Origin: Torpedo marmorata
Taxonomy: Eukaryota
Assembly: GCA_977017645.1 (NCBI GenBank)
Contig: OZ360245.1
Span: 23,684,001-23,748,000 of the forward strand
Direction of reading: 5' to 3'
DNA length: 64,000 bases
In this document: piece after piece, positions 1 through 13,863 of the stretch
Numbering within the stretch: the stretch's first letter is position 1
How the letters are laid out: every line of letters begins with the position of its first letter
The notes under the pieces: model-generated
The model's database searches: none
Told to the model about the DNA's origin: nothing
The model's input: only the letters and a program-made list of their open reading frames with translations
Program-made: the position numbers and the translations under genes

Positions 1-106
1 TACCTTTGCCTTTCTATTCCTTGAGTAATGTAATTTGCTTTGTTATCTTCTATGGTTCATTATCTCTTTCTTCTCCTTTAAGAAGCTTCTCAAAACTTAC
101 AAAGAC

Positions 107-3100
107 AATATAGACGACACTTGCTTCTTCTGATCTCCTAATTTCAAAGTATCATCTTCCAATGTGTGAGCTACGATATTCCGAATTATCATCCCTTTAA
201 TCCAATAAATAAAGTTCTGTGGTATCTACTTTTGCAGTTTTAATTTGTTGATTAAGCGTATAAACATTTTACATAGTTTTGCAATAAAACTTCCATATAG
301 TTGAATAATAAAGCATTTACGGTATTTAAGAGATACAAAAACATTTAAAGAGATGCAAACACATTTAAAGAAAATTATCTCGTGCTTACGCATCTTCACA
401 TCTCGTAGAATGAAAAAACAAGCCCCTAGTCTGGTAGGATATTACGATATATTACATCATAATCACTATAGTAACACTACAAACAATAGTTCTCTTAAAG
501 TGACAGGCATGTAATTAACTAAGAGTCAAAACACAAGGTTTTAACCTTTACATTCTGGCCCCTAATTATTATAATAGACATTAATGGGCATATATATAAT
601 AATTATTATTACAGATTACATTAAATATAGTAAGCATAAGATTAAAAATCAAAACTTTCAGCTTCCTGTAAAAGACAGATTTTAGTAATAGGTCTATTTA
701 AGTAACCAGTCTTGGTTTTAATCCGCACTTGCCGAACGAATCCCTTCTTGTCTGGAACTGTATCCACAATTCTCCCCAGCAACCAAGAATTTCTTGGTGA
801 AGAATCGTCCATGATAATTACAATATCTCCACATACAAAATTGCGTTTTACTTTAGACCATTTTTGTCATTCTTGTAATAATGAAAGATATTCTTTAATC
901 CATCTTTTCCAAAACAAATCTGCAATAAATTGCACTTGTTTCCATCTGCGTCTGGCATAAATATCTTCTTTTTGAAATTGACCTGGAGGCATCGAAAGTT
1001 TAGATTTAAGAAGCAGGAGATAATTTGGTGTAATTACCTTGATGTCATTCGAATCGACTGAAATTTTTGTTTTTGGATGACTATTTAAAATAGCTTCAAT
1101 TTCACACAAAGCTGTTTGAAGATTGTCATCATTGAGTATTTGACTATTCTAAATGGAATTAAGAATTTTTCTAATTGATCTAATCATTCTTTCCCATACA
1201 CCTCCATTATGTGATCCTGTAGGTGGGTTAAATATCCAATTAATTTCTTTCTGAAGTAATTAATCATGAATTTGATGTTGATTCCATTTTTGAATTGTTT
1301 TTCATAACTCTAGTTGAGCTCCTATAAAGTTAGATCCATTATCAGAACGTAATTCCTTTACTTGACCACGTCTGGCTATAAAATGTCGAAGAACATTGAT
1401 AAAAGAGTCTGTTTCAAGCGATGACGCTACCTCAATATGAATTGCTCGTCGTCAAACAAGTAAAAATAGCTCCATATTGTTTTTCTATACTTCTTCCTCG
1501 CTTTACTTGTAAAGGAACGAAATAATCAACTCCCACGTATGTAAATGGGGGTTCATCAGATGTAACTCTGTCCTGTGGCAAATCGGCCATTTGTTGTTGT
1601 CCTGGTCTAGCATTTGCACATTGACAATTAATACATTTCGATATAATTCTTTTGATTAATGTTGTAGCACCAAGTATCCAATATTTCTGACGTAGCTCTG
1701 ATAACACGTGATTACAACCACCATGACCTGCTTTCTCATGCGAATGTCGAACAATCAAATTAGAAATATGAAATTCTTTAACTAATATAATTGTATGTTT
1801 CACTTCTTTTGGCATTATTGCTTTTTCCAATCTTCCTCCTACTCTCAATACATCATTTACCAGAATAGGATTTAGCTTGTAAATACGACTTGTTTTTGTA
1901 ACATTCTGGTTCTTCTTCACTTTTGATATCTCGTTATCAAACGCCCTTTTCTGACAAAAACGAATTATCTCCAATTCACCATTTGCGAACTCATTAACTG
2001 TTAGGCATTGGCTCTTTTGAGTCTGGTTCTTTTTCTTAATAAGATTGAATGTCGCTAGCTCTTTCCATAGGATTGCCCATTATCATTTGAGCACTTGCAG
2101 CAACTCCTGTAGCTCCTTACCCAAGTATTTTCTTTTTTTGTAGCTCTGCTGAAATAATAGGTACTTGCTCATTGGGTATATCACTTTGAGTGACACGTCT
2201 TGCAGAGCTAATGCTTTCACTTTAGCCTGGTTCATAGCTTGTTGTACCTCAAGCTTTAGTCTCTTCTCTTCTCTTTTCAATAATCTAATTTGTTCTTCCC
2301 TAGCCAATTGTAACTTCAGTTGCTGATTCCTGATTTCAGCTTGCTGATTCTTAATTTCAGCTTCTTGCCTCAGTTGCTGATTCTTAATTTCAGCTTGCCT
2401 ATCCTCTAAAACGTATCTTTTCTCCAACCACTGTTGTCGTGCACAGACAATTGCCAATTCTGCTTGCGCCTTAAGACACATAGCTGATATGTTTGAAGCA
2501 CGCAAAGCTGAATTTGTGGCTCTAGATGTCTTTGAAGACTTTGAAGATCTGGCTGCGCTTATAACCTTGTAAATAGTATCATCAAGATTCACCTCTGAAC
2601 TTTCAGATACCACTGATTGAGGCTCTATCCTCTGCATTTTGCTTGTTACAGCACCAATGATTCAAAGAAAATTCAATTGTGATTTTGTTCGGAAGAAAAG
2701 TCAGTAAAATTTGTCTAAATGAATTGCGCAGTTTGAAATTATGCCAAAGACTGGCCAGACAGCCAGCGTCCTTGAAGAAGGATAAGCCGAGCTTTGGTAG
2801 CAGAATTGGCAGGAAGTCCAGAAGTTGTTTTTGTAAACCATAGATAAGAAAGCTTGTTTGCAAAACTACAGAAAAACCAAGAAGCAATTCTCTTAAAGGG
2901 ACCAAGTAAGATATAAAATTTGTTTACAGTTCTAGCAGAGACCAGGAGAAGCCAGAAGCCAGGTTGCAGTGTGAAGAACCCAAGATGGATAAGAAGAAGC
3001 CACTAGCTAAGGACCTCGAGCAAACAGGTCCTCTCAAAGAACTGTTTGCTCTTGAGAATTGCTCTTAGTTAATTATATGCCTGTCTCTTTAAGAGAATTA

Positions 3101-3672
3101 TTGTTTGTAGTGTTACTATAGTGATTATGATGTAATATGTCGTAATATCCGCCCAGGCTAGGGGCTTGTTTTTTTATTCTACGAGATGTGAAGGTGCGTA
3201 AGCACGAGAAAACTTTCTTTGAATCAAAATATAGACGACACTTTCTTCTTCTGATCTCCTAATTTCAAAGTATCATCTTCCAATGCGTGAGCTACGATAT
3301 TCCAAATTATCTTCCCTTTAATCCAATAAATCAAGTTCTGTGGTATCTACTTTTGTAGTTTTAATTCGTTGATTAAGCGTATAAATATTTTACATAGTTT
3401 CACAATAAAACTTCCATATAGTTGAATAATAAAGCATTTACGGTATTTAAGAGATACAAAAACATTTAAAGAGATGCAAACACATTTAAATAAAATTTTC
3501 TCGTGCTTACGCATCTTCACATCTCGTAGAATGAAAAAACAAGCCCCTTGCCTGGGCGGATATTACGACATATTACATCATAATCACTGTAGTAACACTA
3601 CAAACAATAGTCTCTTAAAGACACAGGCATATAATTAACTAAGAGTCAAAACATAAGGTTTTAACCTTTACA
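107..3672 (-). mobile_element. BEL/Pao LTR retrotransposon, internally deleted and rearranged
   Basis: Direct repeats 107-552 and 3228-3672, both starting TGTAAAGG on the minus strand. A purine tract (ggggccagaa) abuts 552. Pao-type integrase remnants (LRVGGRL, PFTYVGVDYF, FWKRWIKEYL) at about 660-1974 and a gag-like ORF at 2083-2637; no RT between them. Confidence 0.85.
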
Positions 3673-5147
3673 GACAACTATTCCTCATGTGACTTGATAA
3701 TACATATGTCAACTGGCTAAAACCCTAAAAATGCTTTCTTTTCTTAAATACTGGAAAGGGAGAGCAATGGCTCACTGTTATTTTGAGTTATACAAAAGGT
3801 AAAATCCCTTCCGTGTTTATGCAGTTCCTGCAATACGGCTTCCCTAACCTATTCCAAACTCGAATTGTTTCATCTTAATATATATATTAACAAACATCAT
3901 TCAAAATACAACTTTTATGAGTGTTTTTTTAAAAAAAGGAACATCGTACAAAAATGATTTAATACGCTTTTCCAAATATTATAAATGCATGCAGATCTTT
4001 CAAATTATTTCTTCTTATAGGGGAGGGGAGAAATAAAACTTGGAAGGTTCTGTTTACAATGTTGTGCAAAATAGCACAAGTGTTGAGGTTGATCAAATAG
4101 ATTCAATATGTAGCAGAAAACTGATAGGTGCAAATAAAAGAAGTATTTGTATGGAACTAGTGGTTGATAATTCAAATTGATAGTTTAATTGTTAATTATT
4201 TTGACTTCTTTGAGAACAAGAGCAAATAACACATTTTTAAATGTTACTCTATTAAATTACTGGGATGCCAATAAAAACTTGTGGTGTCCATGTATGTTTC
4301 CATTAAACATTGTGGTAATTAGGAGTTCTTTTATTTTACCAATGATTGTAAATATGTTTCTCATTTTAATCATGCATGTAACTTTATTAATTTGCCATGC
4401 TCTTATTTGGGACTGCTCTTCCTGTGATTTAATTGCTGAAATTGATAGTTTTTAATAAAACTCTATCCTCCCTATGCCACAATCCCGATGCCCTGAGGAA
4501 TGATTCATGAAGTGTAATACTTAACACCATTGAGATGCTGAATAGCTGTAAGGTATTAAGTGATGTAATGCAAAGATACTTATTGATCAACAATGATCTC
4601 ATTAAATGGTGGACAGGCTTAAATAACGCAGATACTCACATTCCTATGTTTGTGGTTGCGCTTCTGGCTTCAGAGATGCAGGTATTTCTAATACTCCACA
4701 CTGTCCATTTATGCTAATCTACAATCAATTTTACATTTGGGGGTGTGCTGATGAGATTGGCAGGACATTTTGTGCTTAGTTTGACAAAAGTCAGATTCAA
4801 TTTCTAAGTCAGGCATCAGTTTTTTTAATGAAGGTCTGCATTAAAAAATATCTGTAGTGTATTCTCTGGTCAAATCACCTCCCAAGAGTTTGATGTCTAG
4901 ACTTGAATGAAAAGTGCTGACTTGGGCAAAGTTCTGAAGGACAGCCAGTGTTAGAGGTGTGCAGTTATAGGAAAGCATATTTTCAGGAGGAAAGGGTATG
5001 GAGAAATGTCATGAAATGTTGCAGTCATTTGAAGTAGGTTTAGTATTTTATTTATCTCTCTTGAAGTTGCCTTTGTTACTTTGTTGGTCCTCCACAAGAT
5101 GGCACTGCATCCATGTGCTTTAGATTTTCATTTAATCCATAGTTATA

Positions 5148-5973
5148 TGCTGCCGGAGCCACTGTAATGGCAGCGCTGCCGCTGGTGCAGACTCACGGAG
5201 AGTGAGGAGCGAAGATACAGCGCTCCCACCCAGTCAACTGGCGTCAGCTCCGCACAGGCTTTGAACGGCCTGTTAAAGGAGCCGACGGTAGTTTTATTTA
5301 AAATCCTGTGACCGCGGGGTCTGCGCCCAAGATGGCAGCGCCTCTGATCGGCAGCAGCCACGAGGGGTTGCAGACTCCAGGGGAGTGGAGGACTGGCGCA
5401 GGGCACCAGAAAGCGGGGAGACCATCCCCCGTCTGAGAAGGAGAAGCAGAGGAGACGACCCACAGGACGGTGACCACAGCGGCAGACCAGTGAGGGGGCT
5501 CTGCGGCTGAAAGACCAATGCATGCGGCGGGCTGCTGGCGACTCGAGGCGAGGAACCCGCGGAGGCTGTGGGCTGCTGGTAACTGCTGTCGGGAGACTCA
5601 CGCCGGGCTGCGGACTGCTGGAGACTGGCTCGATCTGGCTGAAGGGGTACCAGGTATCGGAACCGGGATGCAAGGGAGTGCCGAAGGCGCTAAAAAGTTC
5701 CTGACCGTGTTGGAGGTTCGGATCTGGAGCTCGGGTTGCCAATGATTTGGACTGGACTCAGTGTGGCTGCGGAGGCTGCGGAAGCACTGGAGGCGAATCT
5801 ACGGACACTGGGTGACTCTGCGGGGACTCTCTTTTGCTTCTCTTTCTCTGACTGTAAGAGGCGCTTCAGGCAATTTCTGCCAATGGCGAATCTGTCTGCC
5901 TAACAGCAGGCAAAAGCAATTTCATGTAATATGACACTTTTTATTGCATGACAATAAATTGAATCTTGAATCT
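5148..5973 (+). mobile_element. ~830-bp GC-rich non-autonomous retroposon-like repeat, copy 1
   Basis: Homologous along its length to the inverted copy at 15712-16546. Ends catgacaataaattgaatcttgaatctt, an L2-like short tandem tail. Confidence 0.7.
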
Positions 5974-7343
5974 TCCACCACTTTAAAGACAAAATATGAA
6001 AATTGACTCTGATGCACCCTTTCCCCAATATGATGCTTCATTTGTTATCCTGCACTGTGTCAACTTCTAATGAATGTCATTTTCCTTAATGTTATTGATA
6101 AAGTCTCCACTTAAGTTTTGTAATGTTTTAAAGAAGCTGACATTCATACTCACATTGAAAAAAAATTAAAAAATAACTTATTGGGGATTGATTAATGCCT
6201 AACTACCCGCATGCACAAAGATTTTCACTCCAATTTATAGCCATTTGGTGACCCTTGCATTCCACTTACTGCTCTATGTGTGGATGCTGAATTGAACATG
6301 TACACATTCTTGTGTACTTTAAATTTTCGATATATTAGACTCTTCCACTGCATGATCATTTATTTTCTACAATGGATAAGAACTAACATAATTGCACTTT
6401 TAGAACTGCAGCAGAATTATTAGCTTAGAATTTGCAAATGTAATTATGCTGAAATTGAGGGTACCAGTATTTTCCATCATTACTGTGTAATGTTAAAGCA
6501 ACTTTTGACTTCTACATGTGTGCAGTTAAATGTGGAAATCTGGAATTTGTTGTCAGGAATTCCCTGCCCCTTCATGTGTTCTTCTGCTGTCTTTACCAAC
6601 AGCTGTCTTTACCAACACAATATCAGTGATTTAATATGAAAGATTTGTGCATTATTTTTATTATACATTTGCTGTAAATATTATCCTTCTTGAATGGTGA
6701 ATGGTTAAATAGAGTTTCTTAGGCATCTTAATTAATGATTATGATTCAAATGCACTCTTTAAAAATTCATTTGTAAAAACATGCAATGTTGTTTCCTCCA
6801 TTCCATTTCTTGAAATTTTACAAGTGTTCATCGTTTGTTTAATATTCTGCTTTTACCTTAATCCCTTGTGTGTTTAATTCTTTTCTTTAATATAATTAAA
6901 AATTTAATTACAATTTGTACTTTGCTTCTTGCTATCTTGGCTGATAATTTCTCTACCTGTTTCACTGCTTAGATGTTGATCATTTCAGTGTTCTTGGATA
7001 TCATGGACTATTATAGATACTGCAAAAATGAATGTTGGGCTATGGGAAATCTTATTGCAAAGATTTTGCATGTTATCTTAGAAGTTGGTGTCAAGTGGCA
7101 TTCTTTCACTGTTGAGTTGGGCTAATATGAGTGGCTTTTTTCAATGGCTTCTTTACGACTCCTTGAAAATTTTAAAAGAATTTGTACTAACTTTGCTTGA
7201 TCAGTTTGTCACTCTAACAATTGAAATTGCCAAGGAAGAGTTCTGAAAAACGTACATTTACTTCTACATTTCCAAATTGTTTAATGATCTATCAGCTGTT
7301 GTAAAATGTATTTAATTTTGGAATTTGTTTGTCAAGTGGCACT

Positions 7344-9080
7344 TAAGAACAAAAGAACATAAAAAATAGGAGCAGGAGTTGGCCATCTGGCCCGTCGAGC
7401 CTTCTCCGCCATTCAATGAGATCATGGCTGATCTGATGATCGTTTCATCTCCACCTACTTGCCTTTTCCCCATATCCCTTAATTCCCCTACTACGTAAAA
7501 ATCTATCCAACCTTGTCTTAAATATATTTACTGAGGTCGCCTCTACTGCTTCAATGGGCAGCGAATTCCATAGATTCACCAGCCTCTGGGAAAAGCAGTT
7601 TCTCCTCATCTCTGTCATAAATCTACTACCCTGAATCTTGAGGCTATGTCCCCTAGTTCTGGTCTCCCCCACCAATGGAAAAAACTTACCTACCTCTATC
7701 TTATCTATGCCTTTCATAATGTTATATGTTTCTATAAGATCCCCTCTCATTCTTCTCATTTCCAGCGAGGACAGTCCCAGATGACTCAATCTCTCCTCAT
7801 AGGCTAACCCCATCATCTCTGGAATCAACCCGGTGAATCTCCTTTGCATCGCCTCCAAAGCCAGTACATCCTTCCTCAAGTAAGGAGACCAGAACTGTAC
7901 GCAGTACTCCAGATGCGGCCTCACCAGTACCTTGTACAGTTGCAGCATAACCTCCTTGCTCCTAAATTCAATCCCTCCAGCAATGAAGGCCAACATTCCA
8001 TTTGCCTTCTTGATAGCCTGCTGCACCTGCAAACCAACATTTGTGATTCAAGCACAAGCACTCCCAAGTCCTTCTGCATGGCAGCATGCTGCAATCTCTT
8101 TCCATTTAAATCTGATCTTCCATTTTTCCTTCCAAAGTGGATAACCTCACATTTACCAACATTGTACTCCTTCGACCAGACCCTTAACCACTCACTTAAC
8201 CTATCTATATCTCTCTGCAGACACTCCGTATCCTCTGCACAATTTACTTCTCCACTCAATTTAGTGTCATCATCAAACTTAGATAAATTACACTCTGTCC
8301 CTTCTTCCAGATCGTTAATGTATATCGTGAACAGTTGCGGGCCCAGCACTGACCCCTGCGGTACCCTGCTCACCACTGATTGCCAACCAGAAAAATACCC
8401 CTGTATTCCAACTTTCTGCTTTCTATTGGTTAATCAATCCTCTATCCATGCAAATATATCACCCCCACTCTCTACATCCTTATCTTATGTACAAGTCTTT
8501 TATGTGGCACCTTATCAAATGCCTTCTGGAAATCTAGGTAAACAATGTCCATCTACTCCCCTCTATCTACCGCGCTCGTTATATCCTTAAAGAACTCCAG
8601 TAAGTTCGTCAAACAAGACCTGCCTTTGCTGAATCCACGTTGCATCTGCCTGATGGATCCATTTCACTCCAGATGCCTCATTATTTCTTCTTTAATGATA
8701 GCTTCAAGCATTTTCCCAACTGCATATGTTAAACTAACTGGCCTGTAGTTCCCTGCCTTTTGCCTACAAATTAAAGAATATTTTTTGAATAGTGGTGTGA
8801 CATTCACCGTCTTCCAATCTGCCGGGACCTGCCCAGAGTCCAGACAATTTTTGTGAATTATCACCAAAGACTCTACTATAACTTCTGCCATTTCTTTCAG
8901 TACCCTGGGATGCATTCCATAGACCAGGGGACTTACCTATCTTTAGACCCTCAAGTTTTCTGAGTACGACCTCTTTAGTGATAACTATTACATCCAGGTC
9001 CTCACCTCACATCCATAACATCTGTCTTTGGCATGGTAGACGTGTCCTCCACCGTGAAGACCGACACAAAATAGTCATTC
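7344..9080 (-). mobile_element. CR1 LINE, 5'-truncated, frameshifted RT
   Basis: ORF remnants VPQGSVLGPQLF, SKFDDDTK, LVRPHLEYCVQFWSP; 3' tail near 7344. Confidence 0.92.
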
Positions 9081-9290
9081 TTTAAATCTAAAATCCTAGT
9101 CTTATGTTAATTTTGAATTCTGGCATGTACTTTTTGATGTCGGTATGAATTGTTGGAAAAGTGCTTAGCCATGGAAATCCTCCTTGCTTTGCAGTGAAAT
9201 GGTGTTTTTTAACTGCTGAATATTAAAAATGGAACTACTTCTAACACTTATTTTTGTTTGCATGTTGCATGCTGTTCCATTACAACCCAG

Positions 9291-9302
9291 ATGGTGATGA
9301 AG
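9291..9302 (+). CDS. MYO18A: MYO18A candidate 12-nt microexon (phase 1-1, encodes DGDE)
   Basis: ccag|ATGGTGATGAAG|gtaaaa with upstream branch-like ttctaac. It joins in frame to the exon at 11353 giving DGDE-AGRRQF, at the position of human ...GATK-EAAE-AGRKQF (recalled). Confidence 0.75.
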
Positions 9303-11352
9303 GTAAAAGAACTGTTCCTTGTTTTGTGTTTATATATTCTGTTTTTCTTTGAAATATTATTAAATTGCAACATAGTCTAGATCTTCATAGAACTTGAATA
9401 TTTAAAAATTTTCACTTTGATATATAACCAATCATTTATTTAATATTCTGCAAAACTTTAAAATACACCGTGTTCTAATTTCATTTTACTGTAGAAGTAG
9501 ATTTTCAAATATTTTATGCAAAAATTGCCATTATTGTTAGAATAGTGGTCAGACTCTCAAATGAATACAGCAACTTTCTGATGAACAGAGAAGCTGGTTT
9601 CTCTTGTTCTCCAAAGTATACTCTTTTTCCCCACTTTATCTCGGTTAAATTAATGCTAGATTATGCAACCTATTACACTTGGTTTGCCAATTTAGTTAAA
9701 TCGAGGATGATTCATTTTAACTGCCTTAGATCCCAAACTAATATATTTAACAGAGATCTGTTCATGGTTACTCCAAATCCAGTCTTTTGATAAAAGGATT
9801 TCAAGATTTCTTCTGCTCCTTTAGTTAGTAAAAATGGCTCATTAATTTCTCTACTAAATTAGTGAAGAAATTTGATTGTGCTCCCTTATTAAACATTTTA
9901 AACGTTTGGTTCAGATGAACTCTCATCATGGGGTTGTTTTCAAGGGAATGCAAGCCATTTATTCACCATATCCACTAATTTAGGTCTTTGACCTCCAGTG
10001 TCATTCCAGGGAATTTGCTGTGTTCCTCCCCCCACCCCCCCCTTCCCAAGGCCTATATATTTTCCTTGTGTTGCTTGATCAAAATTGAATGCTGAACTCT
10101 AAATGAGATCAAACTTAGGCACTAAGCAAGTAAAGAAAACAGCTTCCTATGAATAAATGATCTTTTTTGATTGCTTTTCTTTTAACCGTCTAGAAACTTA
10201 AAATAGCTTATATTCATTAAGGCGTAGAAATTCATCCTAGTACAGGAGAGCACATTGAAACTGAATTTTGGAATTGGACTGTAAATCTCTGGCACTGTGC
10301 AGTACATTTACTGCCATTGGCTGTGGATGAATACTGGATGATTGAAAAGCAAAAGAACATCGCAGCTACTGGAAATGTAATGAATGGTCATTACCCCAAA
10401 TGCTAACTCTGTATCTCATTCTACAGATGCTGCTCAACCTACTGAGTACTCCCACCACTTTGTTTTTAATTTATGAATTCTCAGTTATTGCATTTCCAAA
10501 ACACTCGGCCTCTACCAATTGAAGCTCAGATGAAGGCCCCCAAGGGTCTCATTATGTTATGTCATTATTTCAATTTATCTGTGTCTTGAGCTCACTGCCC
10601 AGTAGTCTTGCGCTTGTACAGAACTAAAATTTCATGATTTTTGTTGCCAATTTCTAACCGTCTCTTACTTTCACATAGTCCACATCTGACTCTTCCCTTC
10701 CCTGACTGACTCCTCTATCTCCATCTGAGGAGGTGAGCTAGCGGCTGATATCCATTGACCCCTCAACAATGGCTCCATCCTCCCTGCTTTCTGTAACAAA
10801 TTCATTCCATTCTCCCAGTTTCTTCACCCTGTTGTGAACAAATTAAGGAATCCAAATTTTTATCTTTTATTGTAACTTTAATTTGTAATACTACAATGTG
10901 TTTCTCACATCAGAATGTAAACTTGTTATATTTTTAAAGCATGATAAGTTTTTTTTTACATCTTTGCAGTACAATCTTAATTTTGGATTTACAAAGTGAG
11001 ATTAAGGTCATAATGATTTTTTTTCTCTACCCTTATATGTGTATATTTTTTAAAATATAAATTATCATATAAGAGAATGCTGAAATCTGAGTGGACCCAA
11101 AATGATAAGGAAATGGACTTAATTATATTTCACTTTCAGTAGTGATAATATATATGTGACAGATATCCTGACTGCAATCACAATTGCAGGTGCCTATCAG
11201 ATTTTGGTGTCGAGTGCTTGATCACAAAATGATTGTTGAGATTCTGTTGAAATTTTGTCATTTTTGTTGTCTTACTAGTTTAGTTTAGCGTATTTTCCTT
11301 TGTATTGATCTCTAAATGATCATTAAACTGATTTTATTATTGCAAATTCCAG

Positions 11353-11520
11353 CTGGAAGGAGACAGTTTGCCAGACACGAATGGGGCCAAAAAGCAGCCT
11401 ATCTGTTGGGCTGCAATTTGGAAGAATTGTCCTCTGCATTATTCAAGCATCAACCAAAGGTTCCGAGGTCAACTTCATTCCGCCAAGGGCCAGATGAAAG
11501 TGGACAGGGAGATGGCTCAG
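11353..11520 (+). CDS. MYO18A: MYO18A exon (motor domain): [34 protein letters not shown]...GDGS
   Basis: AG/GT boundaries, 168 nt, phase 1-1; matches the recalled MYO18A sequence [34 protein letters not shown]. Confidence 0.95.
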
Positions 11521-11914
11521 GTAACTCTTAACATTTTAATTTATAATATAATTTTTATAATGAGTGACTTTATCAAATAACCTTGCGATACATTCTGTCT
11601 TTCACACTCTTTTGTATGTAATGTGTCAGCATTTGGTATTGGTACTTGATTAAGGTATATTCATGTTTAATTATTGCCATATAGAAACAATACTTAATAT
11701 TTTGCTCTACTCATTATATGCTTGAACTTAGTTAAGTATACTTTATGCCTCAAAACATCCAAATGTTTATTACAGTCAATAGATTATATTTTTCAGCATT
11801 GTTATGAGGCAGATGTTGTAATCAATAAGCAGGAGGCCATGAATTACAAAAAAAAAATTTAGTTAAGCCATTGGCTGGGCTATTGTATATATTTTTTTTA
11901 AAAGGCCCATTTTC

Positions 11915-12430
11915 TAGACGAGATTGGGTGTTTTCAGGCTAGTATACTTTTTATGTATAGCAGTAACTTGGAACTCAGACTCCTATTTGGGTATGGAATG
12001 GTGGAATACAGAAATGCGTAGTTGTATCCCACTTCAGAAAATTACTTACAATTTAAGAAATAAATATGATGTATTTTTGAAAATTTGGCACCCATATTTA
12101 CAAATTGTAGGAATAAACTTATAGTCTTTTCTTTTCCCAAGTACCTCATTAATTTCCCCCTGAGAATATATGAGGAAAAAAAAGCAACGAATTAAAAACC
12201 GTGATGTAGGTGGCGACTTTATTACCATCCAGGTCACTTTATCTTTCTTCATACTTTTCTTTTATTTCTTTTCCTTTCTTTTCTGGGGTTTTGGTTTGGG
12301 GGGAAGGGGGGCTGGGATTTACCCATCGTGTATAAGCAATGTAATAATAATGAATTTACATCTTGTTATGTATTATATAATTATGCATGTATGGATAAAA
12401 AAAATTAATAAAATATTCAACAACAAAAAT
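11915..12430 (+). mobile_element. L1/Tx1-type LINE 3' fragment with 12-bp TSD
   Basis: Encodes RSCIPLQKITYNLRNKY like the longer L1 copies; AGGCCCATTTTC at 11903-11914 and 12431-12442. Confidence 0.85.
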
Positions 12431-12476
12431 AGGCCCATTTTCCTGAATGGGCAGAGGCAAAATGATTTTCACCTAT

Positions 12477-12766
12477 TTAAATTTTAAATTTAAATTGTAT
12501 TTATTTTATTTTTTTTCCAAATGTAGACATACAGCACGGAAACAGGCCATTTCGGCCCATGAGCCCGTGCCGCCCAATTACACCCAATTAACCTACAACC
12601 CCCGTTACGTTTCCAACGGTGAGAAGAAACCGGAGCCCCCGGGGAAAACCCACACAGACATGGGGAGAACGAACCAATTCCTTTCAGACAGCGCGGGATT
12701 CAAACCCTTGTCCCGATCGCTGGCGCTGTAACAGCATTGCGCTAGCCGCTAACTAACCGTGCCGCC
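12477..12766 (-). mobile_element. tRNA-derived V-SINE (HE1-like)
   Basis: tRNA-like head with B-box, central gttctcccc...gtgggtttt domain, CR1-like tail; homologous to the copies at 51116 and 58346. Confidence 0.85.
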
Positions 12767-12829
12767 GCCCTATTTAGTGATGGAGATTGGGAACCTTATT
12801 TTACATTTAAAATATCTATTTAAAATATT

Positions 12830-13150
12830 TATTTTCTGTCTTGTACATTTTGTTTACAATTTCTTCTTGTTTACATTTCTCTGTTTTGTACATGTATCTT
12901 TTCTTGAGTACAGTTTTTTGCACTACCGATAAGTAGAAATTCTGCCAGGCCCACAGGAAAAAGAATCTCAGGGTTGTATGCGATATTATGTATGTACTCT
13001 GTCAATAAATCTGAACTTTGATCGAGATGAGCACCTGGAGCAACGCCCAAAATGCTGGAGGAACTCTGGGTCAGGCAGCATCCATGGAAGACAAAAGTTA
13101 ATTAATGTTTTGACTCACTGAGTTCTTCCAGCCTTTTGTGTGTTGCTCCA
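12830..13150. repeat. Short retroposon 3' tail followed by a Penelope-like terminal relic
   Basis: caataaatctgaactttga tail; aaatgctggaggaactc...ggtcaggcagcatc motif also seen near 52120 and at 22085-22429. Confidence 0.5.
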
Positions 13151-13863
13151 GTTTTCCTGTATCTGTGGTCTATCTTGTTTACCTAGATGAGCACCTGTTC
13201 TGCTGTAATCTAGAAGGCCATGGACCGCAAATCTGCTAAATAACATGAGGGCGAATAGCTCTGTTTTGGTCGGTGTGAACACCGATGTATTGAATTGCTT
13301 TCACCAGTGTTATAAATTTCTGTATGTGAAAATAAAATGTTGTATAAAGTTGTCATCATCTGGGGGAGTAAGTCACCTTTTTGTCATTCTGAACTGCAAA
13401 CTGTGCTTGCAGAAGTGGTTAATGCGTATGACTGATCAATTGTTCCCCAGGCTGCCGCAATCATTGATTTCATTTGGTAGATTTACGTACATTCTTTTGT
13501 CCCAATCTTATGAATACTACTCAGCTCCAATGATTTATGAATATTTGCCATTACATAGATGTATATGGTTCACAAATTTGCTGAGATTGATCATCAGCTA
13601 CAAGTAATGATCATTTCAATCAAATTTGGGTATAAATCTAAATTTATGATTTTTTAAACTTTTCTTTGCAAAGTAGTTATCAATATGAAAGTAAATTCTT
13701 AATTAAGCATACAAGGTAATAAGTTGGAATTGATGACATTTCATAAATTGTCGTGCTTATATTAAGCATGCATTCTATGTCAGTATGTTTTTAAGAAAAA
13801 AAGGAGTAAGAGATTGTGTATGGACTTGCCTATTATAATGTATGTATGTCTGTGTTTTAATAG

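Noticed and set aside
4660-4690. Possible 6-8-nt microexon (cag/ag-ATGCAG-gtattt)
   Set aside because: The 8-nt version shifts frame and the 6-nt version relies on a weak GAG acceptor; there is no homology support.
5143-5745. Overlapping GC-rich ORFs or a CpG-island promoter of a nested gene
   Set aside because: They lie in a dispersed repeat with a second diverged copy; frames are not conserved and no protein motif is recognisable.
6380-7010. Additional acceptor-like sites (ttttag at ~6403, ctgcttag at ~6972) as extra MYO18A exons
   Set aside because: Both hit in-frame stops in the required phase and lack a convincing donor. A poison exon cannot be excluded but is unsupported.
7844-8590. 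248-aa plus-strand ORF
   Set aside because: Antisense shadow of the CR1 reverse transcriptase.
12700-12766. tRNA gene
   Set aside because: It is the tRNA-derived head of a SINE, continuous with the SINE body and tail, and has no full cloverleaf.
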